Part shown: positions 41,586 through 50,485 of the stretch, piece after piece
Position numbering within the stretch: the first letter of the stretch is position 1
Layout of the letters: the number at the start of each line of letters is the position of its first letter
Notes under the pieces: model-generated
The model's database searches: none
What the model was told of the DNA's origin: nothing
The model's input: only the letters and a program-made list of their open reading frames with translations
Made by a program: the position numbers and the translations under genes
IMG/VR virus record: IMGVR_UViG_3300023548_000002
Location: 9,460-73,459 of that record
Length of the DNA: 64,000 nucleotides
Source of the DNA: a virus
Strand: one strand, 5' to 3'

Positions 41586-41648
41586 TTACGCATAACGAAT
41601 TTGTATAAGCGTAATTGTGTATTTAATAACTTAAAATAAAAAAAGATT

Positions 41649-41858
41649 ATGGCTGGAATTAATTACATAAACGAACAACAAGAAGGTGTAAGAGATTTGA
41701 AATTTAACCCAAATGCTGATATTCCAACAAAACTTGGGTATAGTTATTATCAATCGGATACAAATAATATTTGGTTTGTAAAAAGAACAAAAGACCAAAA
41801 AATTATAGCCTCATTTGTGGAAAAGAAACACTTAATTCTTTTCTTAAATGCACTATAA
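41649..41858 (+). CDS. hypothetical cassette-like protein
   Basis: stop codon is the TAA of a TAAC box. Confidence 0.6.
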   Translation: MAGINYINEQQEGVRDLKFNPNADIPTKLGYSYYQSDTNNIWFVKRTKDQKIIASFVEKKHLILFLNAL

Positions 41859-41991
41859 CGGATCGCGGCTATACTTAGTGCGTAATTTTAACATTAAATA
41901 TTAATTTAAAAACATAAATAAAAATGGGTGAAAATAAATTTTTAAACGAAAATGGTAGAGCATTAAGTATAGCCGATGTTATGAGCAGTGC
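41855..41991. mobile_element. attC-like recombination hairpin
   Basis: left arm ataac(gg)atc(gc)ggctatacttagtgc pairs with right arm gcattaagtatagccgatgttat, leaving extrahelical bases. Confidence 0.55.
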
Positions 41992-42226
41992 TTTAACCGA
42001 AAACGAAATTAAAATAGCACAAATTCAATCTGCCATAAAGAAACTTGGATATCAATGGCAAGAACATCAATTTAATGATGGATTTGATGAAGTCTTTATT
42101 GAAATAGCAAAAGATAAAGACCCTTCCGCAATTGATAGACACAAGGAAGATGCTGGATGGGGTAGGTTTGGCAGATTGACAGCTTGGACAATGGCTTTAG
42201 AGTGGGCGATTCAGCATTGCTCATAA
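41924..42226 (+). CDS. hypothetical cassette-like protein
   Basis: starts inside the hairpin loop, reads through GTTA, stops in TAAC. Confidence 0.6.
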   Translation: MGENKFLNENGRALSIADVMSSALTENEIKIAQIQSAIKKLGYQWQEHQFNDGFDEVFIEIAKDKDPSAIDRHKEDAGWGRFGRLTAWTMALEWAIQHCS

Positions 42227-42259
42227 CTCAGAATATCCGCAATAAAAAAATTTAATATT

Positions 42260-42496
42260 ATGAAAATAAAAGCAACAGTAGTAGAAATACTACAAGACAA
42301 CTATCAAGGTGGTTCTGGACTACCAATAAAAAGGGATATTATGGTTAATATACCAGACGATACAATAGCCATAAATATACTTGACGCAACTTATGTTAAT
42401 GTCAGGGAAAAAAGATTGAATAAAATGTGGGGAGATGGTTTAAAAAATACACCATACCTGTCAATAATTTCAGTTGAGATACTTCCCACCGCTTAA
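42260..42496 (+). CDS. hypothetical cassette-like protein
   Basis: flanked by tatccgcaat / attgcgcataac. Confidence 0.6.
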   Translation: MKIKATVVEILQDNYQGGSGLPIKRDIMVNIPDDTIAINILDATYVNVREKRLNKMWGDGLKNTPYLSIISVEILPTA

Positions 42497-42551
42497 TTGC
42501 GCATAACTATTTATATAAAAGTAATTTATTAACCAATAAATATAAAAAATT

Positions 42552-42809
42552 ATGGAGAGTAAATTAAGAAGATTAATAATGCTGTATGGAGCAGCCACAA
42601 TGATTAGCGATTTTGGTTATGAAACCACCTCTGAATATAAAGAATTGACTGACGAACAAAAAGCAGAAATAAAAGCCATTGCGGAACAAAAGAAATTAGA
42701 ACGCCTTAAAAAACAAGGTGTAAAAGAATATTTCTACGGAGATAAAGTTATTTATGCCTGTAATAAGAAAAATGCAGATAGAAAATCACGAAAGAAAGGT
42801 TACTTATAG
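42552..42809 (+). CDS. hypothetical protein
   Basis: 85 aa; IYACNKKNADRK motif. Confidence 0.6.
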   Translation: MESKLRRLIMLYGAATMISDFGYETTSEYKELTDEQKAEIKAIAEQKKLERLKKQGVKEYFYGDKVIYACNKKNADRKSRKKGYL

Positions 42810-42903
42810 CCCTTGTTATATTGCATTTTAATTCAACATAATTGTGCAGTGGGTTTTTATTTTTAATTATCCAAATTAGCTTTTTAATAAAAAATAAATT
42901 ATT

Positions 42904-43116
42904 ATGAAAAAAAAAATAGTAATTTTATTAGCAATACCTTTCCTAATTCTTTCCTGTAAGACAAAAGGAATTTTTAGAGAAATAGATACTGAATACAGTG
43001 GAAACACTTATGTAGTAGTTATTGATAGCTGTGAGTATTTATATATAGAAATGCACAATGTAAGATTATTTTCACATAAGGGGAACTGCAGATTTTGTAA
43101 AATACGAAATAATTGA
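42904..43116 (+). CDS. putative lipoprotein
   Basis: MKKK + hydrophobic + ILSC lipobox; IDSCEY..HKGNC. Confidence 0.65.
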   Translation: MKKKIVILLAIPFLILSCKTKGIFREIDTEYSGNTYVVVIDSCEYLYIEMHNVRLFSHKGNCRFCKIRNN

Positions 43117-43244
43117 TTAATTATAACAGGAATAAATATAATCTACAGAACTCAGAAATAATATTTATAGTTAAAGAAATAATTAGAAGAAAACGAAAAA
43201 CCAATAATGTGTTGTAGGGTTTACATTTAATGCAGAAGTAAAGC

Positions 43245-43460
43245 ATGGAACCATTTAAAGAATTTAACGACAATGATGTCTGCCCTATTTGTGGAGCAAG
43301 TGAAAATAAAGATATTGTTCTAATACAAATAGCAGGAACACAAAAAGCTAATATATCACAAGCTAAACAAGTGCATTTAGAGTGCTTAGTAAATACTGTG
43401 ATATATTATCCAAAAGAAAGAGTAATAGGTGCATATGCGCCATATAAAAAAGGAAAATAA
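43245..43460 (+). CDS. small Zn-binding protein
   Basis: CPIC..HLEC. Confidence 0.55.
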   Translation: MEPFKEFNDNDVCPICGASENKDIVLIQIAGTQKANISQAKQVHLECLVNTVIYYPKERVIGAYAPYKKGK

Positions 43461-43481
43461 CCACTTAAATTAATTAAAACT

Positions 43482-43883
43482 ATGAAAAAGTTATTAGTAT
43501 TAGCAGTAATAAGCTTATTTATTACAAGCACAGTAAAAAGTCAAGTAAAAACTTATACATTAAGTGATGTAACTGTAATTTTTACAGATTCATTAACCTC
43601 ACTGAAATCACTCAAATTTTATCCGAATCCAGTTACAGTAAAGATTGACGAAAAAGAAACTCTTGCGGTAGTAGATATAGAAAAAGCATTTTTAGCTATT
43701 TATCGCATTATAAATATTTATACATTTGAAGATAACTACGGACGTCCTTACACTGTATATCTAATGATAGATGTGGTGAATAAGAGTTCAGCGGCAGTAA
43801 AAGTTATTGATTCTTCTTATGTTATCTATACTATTGAGGATGTTATAATATCAGGACCTGTAAAAGAGTATTCAGTAAACTAA
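43482..43883 (+). CDS. secreted/periplasmic protein
   Basis: signal peptide ending VKS-Q (Bacteroidota N-terminal Gln rule). Confidence 0.6.
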   Translation: MKKLLVLAVISLFITSTVKSQVKTYTLSDVTVIFTDSLTSLKSLKFYPNPVTVKIDEKETLAVVDIEKAFLAIYRIINIYTFEDNYGRPYTVYLMIDVVNKSSAAVKVIDSSYVIYTIEDVIISGPVKEYSVN

Positions 43884-43912
43884 CTCTTTTTATCTGATAA
43901 ACTATAAGACAT

Positions 43913-43948
43913 ACTACATTCTGATTATGTAATCAGAATGTAGTTTTT
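43913..43948 (+). terminator. 15-bp perfect inverted repeat, probable terminator
   Basis: actacattctgatta-tg-taatcagaatgtagt followed by tttt. Confidence 0.7.
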
Positions 43949-43998
43949 ATAGAGTTTTATATTTTGTAAATAATTAATCAATTACTTAAAAGTTTAAA

Positions 43999-44484
43999 AT
44001 GATGGCAACCACAGAATTAAAAAAGCTCGAAGAATTAATTGAGCAAGACCCAAATAAAGTTGATTGGGAATGGATTTCAAAATATCAAGAACTATCCGAA
44101 GAATTTATTGAAAAATATTCCAATAAAATTTATTGGAGGGAAATTTCAAAGTATCAAAAATTATCAGAAGAATTTATTGAAAAACATTCTGACAAAGTTG
44201 ATTGGTATTGGATTTCAATGCACCAAAAATTATCTGAAAAGTTTATTGAAAAGCATAAAGATAAAGTTGATTGGAAACGTATATCAATGAAACAAGAACT
44301 ATCAGAAGAATTTATCGAAAAATATTCTGACAAAGTTGATTGGTATTGGATTTCAATAGTACAGAAATTATCCGAGGAATTTATTGAAAGGCATTCTAAT
44401 AAAGTTAATTGGGAATGGTTTGTAAAACTTCAAAAATTATCTGAAGAATTCATTGAGAAACATTCTGATAAATTAACTAAATAA
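43999..44484 (+). CDS. Trp-repeat protein 3 (6 x 23 aa)
   Basis: same repeat unit. Confidence 0.85.
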   Translation: MMATTELKKLEELIEQDPNKVDWEWISKYQELSEEFIEKYSNKIYWREISKYQKLSEEFIEKHSDKVDWYWISMHQKLSEKFIEKHKDKVDWKRISMKQELSEEFIEKYSDKVDWYWISIVQKLSEEFIERHSNKVNWEWFVKLQKLSEEFIEKHSDKLTK

Positions 44485-44495
44485 AAATAAAAGTT

Positions 44496-45323
44496 ATGAA
44501 AAAAGAAGAATTAACAAAGCTCGAAGAATTAATTGAGAAAGACCCCAATAAAGTTAATTGGTATTGGATTTCAATTCACCAAGAATTATCCGAAGAGTTT
44601 ATTGAAAAATACTCTGATAAAGTTGATTGGGAACGGATTTCAAAATATCAAAAATTATCTGAAAAATTTATTGAAAAGTATTCAGATAAAATTGATTGGT
44701 TTCTGATTTCAAAATACCAAAAATTATCTGAAAAATTTATTGAAAAGTATTCAGATAAAGTTGATTGGGAATGGATTTCAAAATATCAAAAATTATCGGA
44801 AGAATTTATTGAAAAGTATTCAGATAAAGTTGATTGGGAATGGATTTCAAAATATCAAAAATTATCTGAAGAATTTATTGAAAAGCATAAAGATAAAGTT
44901 AGTTGGTATTATATTTCAATTCACCAAAAATTATCGGAAGAATTTATTGAAAAACATAAAGATAGGGTTGATTGGTATTGGATTTCAGTTGAACAAAAAT
45001 TATCCGAAAAATTCATTGAGAAACATTCTGATAAAGTTGATTGGCATTGGATTTCAATATCCCAAGAATTATCTGAAAAATTTATTGAAAAGTATAAAGA
45101 TAAAGTTGATTGGGAGCAGATTTCAATACACCAAAAATTATCTGAAAAATTCATTGAAAAATACTCTGATAAAGTTGATTGGGAATGGATTTCAAAATAT
45201 CAAAAATTATCGGAAGAATTTATTGAAAAGCATAAAGATAAAGTTAATTGGTACTGGATTTCAATTTGGCAAGAACTTTCTGAAGAATTTATTGAAAAGC
45301 ATTCTGATAAATTAACTAAATAA
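44496..45323 (+). CDS. Trp-repeat protein 4 (11 x 23 aa)
   Basis: same repeat unit. Confidence 0.85.
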   Translation: MKKEELTKLEELIEKDPNKVNWYWISIHQELSEEFIEKYSDKVDWERISKYQKLSEKFIEKYSDKIDWFLISKYQKLSEKFIEKYSDKVDWEWISKYQKLSEEFIEKYSDKVDWEWISKYQKLSEEFIEKHKDKVSWYYISIHQKLSEEFIEKHKDRVDWYWISVEQKLSEKFIEKHSDKVDWHWISISQELSEKFIEKYKDKVDWEQISIHQKLSEKFIEKYSDKVDWEWISKYQKLSEEFIEKHKDKVNWYWISIWQELSEEFIEKHSDKLTK

Positions 45324-45334
45324 AAATAAAAGCT

Positions 45335-45820
45335 ATGAAAACAACAGAATTAACAAAGCTCGAAGAATTTATTGAGAAATACCCCAATATAGTTAATTGG
45401 AGTGAAATTTCAAAATACCAAGAATTATCTGAAAAATTCATTGAAAAGTATTCTGATAAAGTTGATTGGAAATGGATTTCAAAATACCAAGACTTATCTG
45501 AAAAATTTATTGAGAAACATTCTGATAAAGTCGATTGGAAACAGATTTCAATCTACCAAGAATTATCTGAAGAATTCATTGAAAAACATTCTGATAAACT
45601 TGATTGGGGACAGATTTCAGTCTACCAGAAATTATCTGAAAAATTCATTGAAAAGTATTCCGATAAAGTTGATTGGATTTGGATTTCAATTTACCAGAAA
45701 CTATCTGAAAAATTCATTGAAAAGTATTCCGATAAAGTTAATTGGATTTGGATTTCAATTTACCAGAAACTATCTGAAAAATTCATTGAGAAACATTCTG
45801 ATAAATTAACTAAATTTTAA
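45335..45820 (+). CDS. Trp-repeat protein 5 (6 x 23 aa)
   Basis: same repeat unit. Confidence 0.85.
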   Translation: MKTTELTKLEEFIEKYPNIVNWSEISKYQELSEKFIEKYSDKVDWKWISKYQDLSEKFIEKHSDKVDWKQISIYQELSEEFIEKHSDKLDWGQISVYQKLSEKFIEKYSDKVDWIWISIYQKLSEKFIEKYSDKVNWIWISIYQKLSEKFIEKHSDKLTKF

Positions 45821-45834
45821 TAAAAATAAAAGCT

Positions 45835-46455
45835 ATGAAAAAAGAAGAATTAACAAAGCTCGAAGAATTAATTGAGAAAGACCCCAATATAGTTGATTGG
45901 AGTGAAATTTCAAAATACCAAAAATTATCTGAAGAATTTATTGAAAAGCATTCTGATAAAGTTGATTGGGAATGGATTTCAAAATTCCAAGAATTATCTG
46001 AAGAGTTCATTGAAAAGCATTCTGATAAAGTTGATTGGAGTAAAATTTCTGAATACCAAAAATTATCTGAAGAATTTATTGAAAAACATAAAGATAGGGT
46101 TGATTGGTATTGGATTTCAGTTGAACAAAAATTATCCGAAAAATTCATTGAGAAACATTCTGATAAAGTTGATTGGCATTGGATTTCAGTTGAACAAAAA
46201 TTATCCGAAAAATTCATTGAGAAACATTCTGATAAAGTTGATTGGCATTGGATTTCAATATCCCAAGAATTATCTGAAAAATTTATTGAAAAGTATTCAG
46301 ATAAAGTTGATTGGGAGCAGATTTCAAAATATCAAAAATTATCGGAAGAATTTATTGAAAAGCATAAAGATAAAGTTAATTGGTACTGGATTTCAATTTG
46401 GCAAGAACTTTCTGAAGAATTTATTGAAAAGCATTCCGATAAATTAACTAAATAA
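45835..46455 (+). CDS. Trp-repeat protein 6 (8 x 23 aa)
   Basis: same repeat unit. Confidence 0.85.
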   Translation: MKKEELTKLEELIEKDPNIVDWSEISKYQKLSEEFIEKHSDKVDWEWISKFQELSEEFIEKHSDKVDWSKISEYQKLSEEFIEKHKDRVDWYWISVEQKLSEKFIEKHSDKVDWHWISVEQKLSEKFIEKHSDKVDWHWISISQELSEKFIEKYSDKVDWEQISKYQKLSEEFIEKHKDKVNWYWISIWQELSEEFIEKHSDKLTK

Positions 46456-46466
46456 AAATAAAAGCT

Positions 46467-46775
46467 ATGAAAAAAATTAAAGTTGACCCTGACAAAGTTA
46501 TTAAAATCGAGCCAAGAATGATTAAAGAGAATTTCGCCAATACAAAAAAAGCTATGAAAACAATTAAATTAAAAACTGAAAAAGATGTTAAGAAATTCCT
46601 AAACTCAAACGAGTTAGGATTTAACAAGAATAACGTAATTATAAATGGAATTAAACCCATTCTTGGATTTAATGTATCGAATAAGCACATAACATATTAT
46701 AGTTCCGAAAAGCAAGCAACACAAGTATTAACTTCCCGTAATGGGTATTTTATTTTAGAGAATTATGAAATTTGA
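46467..46775 (+). CDS. hypothetical protein
   Basis: uses the same aaataaaagctATG leader as the repeat genes. Confidence 0.5.
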   Translation: MKKIKVDPDKVIKIEPRMIKENFANTKKAMKTIKLKTEKDVKKFLNSNELGFNKNNVIINGIKPILGFNVSNKHITYYSSEKQATQVLTSRNGYFILENYEI

Positions 46776-47121
46776 TGAAATAAGTTTTCCTTTGTATATT
46801 GATAAGAAGGAACCTGAAATTATACGAGACAGTAAACATAATATCTTCCTAAAACTACCAAGTAATTATGGAGACATTGCATTTGATATTATGTCTTTCT
46901 TTAATCTAAGAAAAGAGTGGATAGATGGTGAAAGAATTTCAATGATTGACTCCATAGATAAAGAACAAGTATTAAGAGACGAATATAAATATCATTTACT
47001 TGGATACAAATCTTATAATGACTTTAAATTAAAAGAAGGGAAAGATTTAGTTCCTTGTAAAAGCTGTGGAGTATATTATTGGAAAGACTGCCACCCTAAT
47101 TGTGATTGTGAATTAAGCTAA
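46765..47121 (+). CDS. hypothetical protein with C-terminal Cys cluster
   Basis: CKSC..CHPNCDC. Confidence 0.55.
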   Translation: MKFDEISFPLYIDKKEPEIIRDSKHNIFLKLPSNYGDIAFDIMSFFNLRKEWIDGERISMIDSIDKEQVLRDEYKYHLLGYKSYNDFKLKEGKDLVPCKSCGVYYWKDCHPNCDCELS

Positions 47122-47276
47122 AAATTTTAATTAAGACTTATAGAGAAAATAATAGGGAAAGAACAATATTCTTGGAGAAGAATGCAAAAATTATATGCTT
47201 ACTTGGAAATAATAACAAGGAACTTAGAATTCTCATAATATTTAACTTATTTTTAACTTATTAAAACTTACAAGTT

Positions 47277-47417
47277 ATGTTAAATAAAAGATTGTTAAAA
47301 CGGATAGAAGAAATATTTCAAGAAAAATTACAAGTTAAAACAGGTTGGGGAAGGAATGAAATATTAGAATTATACTACCAATCTGTAAATGAAGCTTTAA
47401 TGGAATTATTAGAATAA
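47277..47417 (+). CDS. small hypothetical protein (below ORF-track cutoff)
   Basis: MLNKRLLKRIEE..KTGWGRNE read manually. Confidence 0.45.
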   Translation: MLNKRLLKRIEEIFQEKLQVKTGWGRNEILELYYQSVNEALMELLE

Positions 47418-47433
47418 CTAAAACTAACTAATT

Positions 47434-47634
47434 ATGTTATCACAAGATTATACACTATGTACTGGATGTCCCTTAAAAGATAACTGTGAAAGATATGTAT
47501 CTTATGAACATTTATCTAAGCAAAAAGATATGATGTATATAGTCGTCTCTGTATTTATGGATATTCCTTACGATGAAAAAAGAGGAGAGTGTGAGTATTT
47601 AATTCCTATAAAAAATAAGAATAACACGTCTTAA
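47434..47634 (+). CDS. small Cys-rich protein
   Basis: CTGCPLKDNCERY..CEY. Confidence 0.6.
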   Translation: MLSQDYTLCTGCPLKDNCERYVSYEHLSKQKDMMYIVVSVFMDIPYDEKRGECEYLIPIKNKNNTS

Positions 47635-47677
47635 AATATAAAAAGCTAATAGTTATTAACAAATTAACCGAGTAATT

Positions 47678-47854
47678 ATGGACAGTAATACATTCAAAGA
47701 GCTTAATCCTATTGGAACAGAAGTAGCATATCACGGTAGAGATATTAAAATTATTTCTTACACTACTGACGGATATGCTATTATTTTGGATTATGCTACA
47801 GATGAAGAGAGAGTAATTTCTATTGAAGAATTAATAGAACAAAACTATGATTAA
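47678..47854 (+). CDS. small hypothetical protein (below ORF-track cutoff)
   Basis: MDSNTFKELNPIGTEV.. read manually. Confidence 0.45.
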   Translation: MDSNTFKELNPIGTEVAYHGRDIKIISYTTDGYAIILDYATDEERVISIEELIEQNYD

Positions 47855-47943
47855 TTTCTTTTCAATTATTTTTATTCCTACGGTAGTAATAACATTAATG
47901 CTGTTATTACTATGGGAATACATTAAATATAAATGGAATACAA

Positions 47944-48180
47944 ATGACGAAACCACACGTAACAAAAGAAGAACTTGAGCGTTTTGAGAAGTTAAAAAAG
48001 AAATATGACCTTCCTGTATTAAATCAATTAATAGATGATTATTTAGAAGGTAAAGATTATGGGAAGAATATCTTTATTATTCTTTATCAAGGAGTATCCT
48101 GGTATGATATAATGTCTATTTCTAAAGATTTCTCATATTGGTGGAGATTAAGTTATGATTTTGCAAAAGAAACATTATGA
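47944..48180 (+). CDS. hypothetical protein
   Basis: 78-aa ORF. Confidence 0.5.
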   Translation: MTKPHVTKEELERFEKLKKKYDLPVLNQLIDDYLEGKDYGKNIFIILYQGVSWYDIMSISKDFSYWWRLSYDFAKETL

Positions 48181-48267
48181 CTATACTTGGAAAATATAAA
48201 GCGTACTTAAACTTCTTAAAAGCGGTCAATTTCCTTAAAAGAAAATATACAAATAATATATATCTAA

Positions 48268-48597
48268 TTGAAACCAAGAAAAATCATGACATTTATTTAC
48301 AATTCGGAATATGTTATTCCAGTAAGTTACTTTAATGATACTGTAACATACACTTCCGATATAATTACGAAAAAACAATTTGAAGAAACAAAAATAAGTG
48401 AATTAAGAGACTATGACACTAAGAAAAAACTTAATAAAACTCAACAAAAAGCTCTAAAAATATATTTAGATTACATAAACCTATTAAGTTTCTTAGAAGA
48501 TGATGTACTTATTCATACAACATTAAGGAAAGTATTGGAGTATCAACAAGACCAAAAATTTTCAAGAGTAATTGATTATATTTTAGAAAGATTATAG
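48268..48597 (+). CDS. hypothetical protein
   Basis: ORF; probable ATG a few codons in. Confidence 0.5.
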   Translation: MKPRKIMTFIYNSEYVIPVSYFNDTVTYTSDIITKKQFEETKISELRDYDTKKKLNKTQQKALKIYLDYINLLSFLEDDVLIHTTLRKVLEYQQDQKFSRVIDYILERL

Positions 48598-48708
48598 TAT
48601 GAAAAAGAAACATTAATATTGTCTGAAATTGCTAAATTAGCTAAAGAAGTAGAGTTTAAAATTTCAATAAAATAGAAATGACAAAAGTTAATTATTATTC
48701 AGGTAAAG

Positions 48709-49284
48709 ATGATAGCTAATCATTTAAAAAAACATTACTTCCCTCTTCTTGTTAAAGATATTAATGCAAATAGATTAACAAAACAAGAGGCAGTAATGAA
48801 GCTTAAAGAGGTAATGACAGACTTAAAATTATCAGAACCTCAACGGAGACAATTAATTTACTCTTTTAAAACGGAAATAGGAATTCCTGTGCCTTTACAG
48901 AATACTCACAAGTATAAGTTTAAACATACAGGAGAAAAACTCTCAGATGTAAAAGAAAAGATATTAAAAGAACTACCAAAAGAAAAAGTAATTCAAATAA
49001 TTGATAAAGCTATATTTACCCATGGAATTGATAAAGTTAAAAAAGCCTCCAAATTAACAGATGATGAATTAATTAAAATAGTGGGACTTGAAGCATACAA
49101 AGAGTATGTATATGTCTCTAAAAATCAAACAAATGAGTGGGAGAAACTAAAAACCACTTGGTTATATAATAATCAACTTCACACGAGAGTAAAGACTATC
49201 TTTAATCTCTATGAAGAAGGAATAATTGATTACGCACGTTTTAAAAAACTTATTTTAAAAATAGCTTATGAGTACTCTAATTGA
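48709..49284 (+). CDS. hypothetical protein
   Basis: 191-aa ORF. Confidence 0.55.
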   Translation: MIANHLKKHYFPLLVKDINANRLTKQEAVMKLKEVMTDLKLSEPQRRQLIYSFKTEIGIPVPLQNTHKYKFKHTGEKLSDVKEKILKELPKEKVIQIIDKAIFTHGIDKVKKASKLTDDELIKIVGLEAYKEYVYVSKNQTNEWEKLKTTWLYNNQLHTRVKTIFNLYEEGIIDYARFKKLILKIAYEYSN

Positions 49285-49453
49285 TTTATTATTATTAGGA
49301 CTGATTGCACTTCTTGCTTTCGTGGCAGGAGCTATTGTCTTAAAACTTTATTCAAATACATTGAACAAAGGTCATTGCACTTGTGAATCCCCACATTTTA
49401 TTAAAAACTCAAATAACAAATGGATATGCACGATTTGCGGGAAAACCCTTTAG
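49268..49453 (+). CDS. small membrane protein with Zn ribbon
   Basis: N-terminal TM; CxC..CxxC. Confidence 0.55.
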   Translation: MSTLIDLLLLGLIALLAFVAGAIVLKLYSNTLNKGHCTCESPHFIKNSNNKWICTICGKTL

Positions 49454-49785
49454 TAAAAGATACTAAACAATTTATAGAAGAACTTATGAATAGATGGGAA
49501 AAGAAACAGAAGGAGTATCATTCATTTCTTAATCCTTACTATTCGTTTGAACAAGCTACAGAAATATCTTTTCATGATATTAGAGAAAAAGTCCTATGGG
49601 AATACCTTACTAAACATCTGCAATCTCTAAAAGAGATGGTAAGAGCCTGTGAGTTTCCTATGGGGGACATTACTGATGAAAAAATAGATGAAAAGATAGG
49701 AGATATTGTCCTATATCTCTTTATTTTAAGAGGAATGTTAATAGACCACATTAAACTTGACAACAATGAACAAAAAGATAATTGA
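49420..49785 (+). CDS. all-alpha NTP-pyrophosphatase-like / nucleotide-modification-associated protein
   Basis: KKQKEY..SF..KH..EKIGDIVLY pattern. Confidence 0.5.
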   Translation: MDMHDLRENPLVKDTKQFIEELMNRWEKKQKEYHSFLNPYYSFEQATEISFHDIREKVLWEYLTKHLQSLKEMVRACEFPMGDITDEKIDEKIGDIVLYLFILRGMLIDHIKLDNNEQKDN

Positions 49786-50485
49786 ATTTCTAAATTATTA
49801 TGCAGAAGGAACAGAAAGTGAAATTCCTATTCTTTTCTCTATTGATGCACAGAAAGAACATGGGATGGTAGATATGCAAGAAAATTGTTCTATCTTAGAG
49901 CTACGGGCTATTCATTTCCCTACCTCGTATTTATCTGTCATAAAAATTCTCGCTATCCTTGCTCCTATTGTGGAAATGGAGAAATTATGGGAATTTGATG
50001 ATGAATATGTAGAAATATTTGGAAATGGTAGTAATAGGAATGTTATACAACTTTTGGAGCATCATTATAATACTAATCTCCATAAATTTGCAGACTTTAC
50101 AGACGCTAAACTTCGCATGATAACTTTAACTTACTTAAAATTAGCATTGATGAAAGGAGTTCCCTACGAAGGATTATATATTGTATTTACTAATTTATAT
50201 AGTGGGGCTGCCTTACAAACACCTTTAAACTTTTTAATGATGCTTACTAACTTTGGAGTGTCTCATAATCCCATTTCAGCATTAGATGCTTTTGGGATAA
50301 TGGACAAGAATGACGCTCTTTCTGCAGATAAAACTGATGCTACTCTAAGAGAGGTTAGCAAAAGTAACTGCGATGAGGTAAGAAGAATTACAAAATACTT
50401 GCTTATTAATTCTCCTCTTATCACTAAAGAAATGATTAAAAACAATAAATTAATATTAAATAAATTCATTGAGAAATATGCTTAA
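49757..50485 (+). CDS. hypothetical protein
   Basis: 242-aa ORF. Confidence 0.55.
   Translation: MTTMNKKIIEFLNYYAEGTESEIPILFSIDAQKEHGMVDMQENCSILELRAIHFPTSYLSVIKILAILAPIVEMEKLWEFDDEYVEIFGNGSNRNVIQLLEHHYNTNLHKFADFTDAKLRMITLTYLKLALMKGVPYEGLYIVFTNLYSGAALQTPLNFLMMLTNFGVSHNPISALDAFGIMDKNDALSADKTDATLREVSKSNCDEVRRITKYLLINSPLITKEMIKNNKLILNKFIEKYA

Larger units (their letters stand above)
40991..41638 (+). repeat. three copies of an intergenic repeat
   Basis: aatttgtataagcgtaattgtgtatttaataacttaaaata at about 41335 and 41598; partial copy at 40991. Confidence 0.85.

Noticed and set aside
40991-41638. Intergenic 41-bp repeats as a mini-CRISPR
   Set aside because: Intervening sequences are 200-300 bp whole ORFs, not spacers
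37693-46447. Long alternative-frame ORFs (KNILIKLIGIGFQ repeats) and antisense ORFs over the Trp-repeat genes
   Set aside because: Shadow frames produced by a 69-bp unit that happens to lack stops; they begin at non-ATG codons and lack the shared leader and caps
37656-46455. Repeat clusters as CRISPR arrays or DGR template/variable repeats
   Set aside because: Repeats are contiguous in-frame coding units without spacers; variation is not adenine-specific; no cas or reverse transcriptase gene in the window
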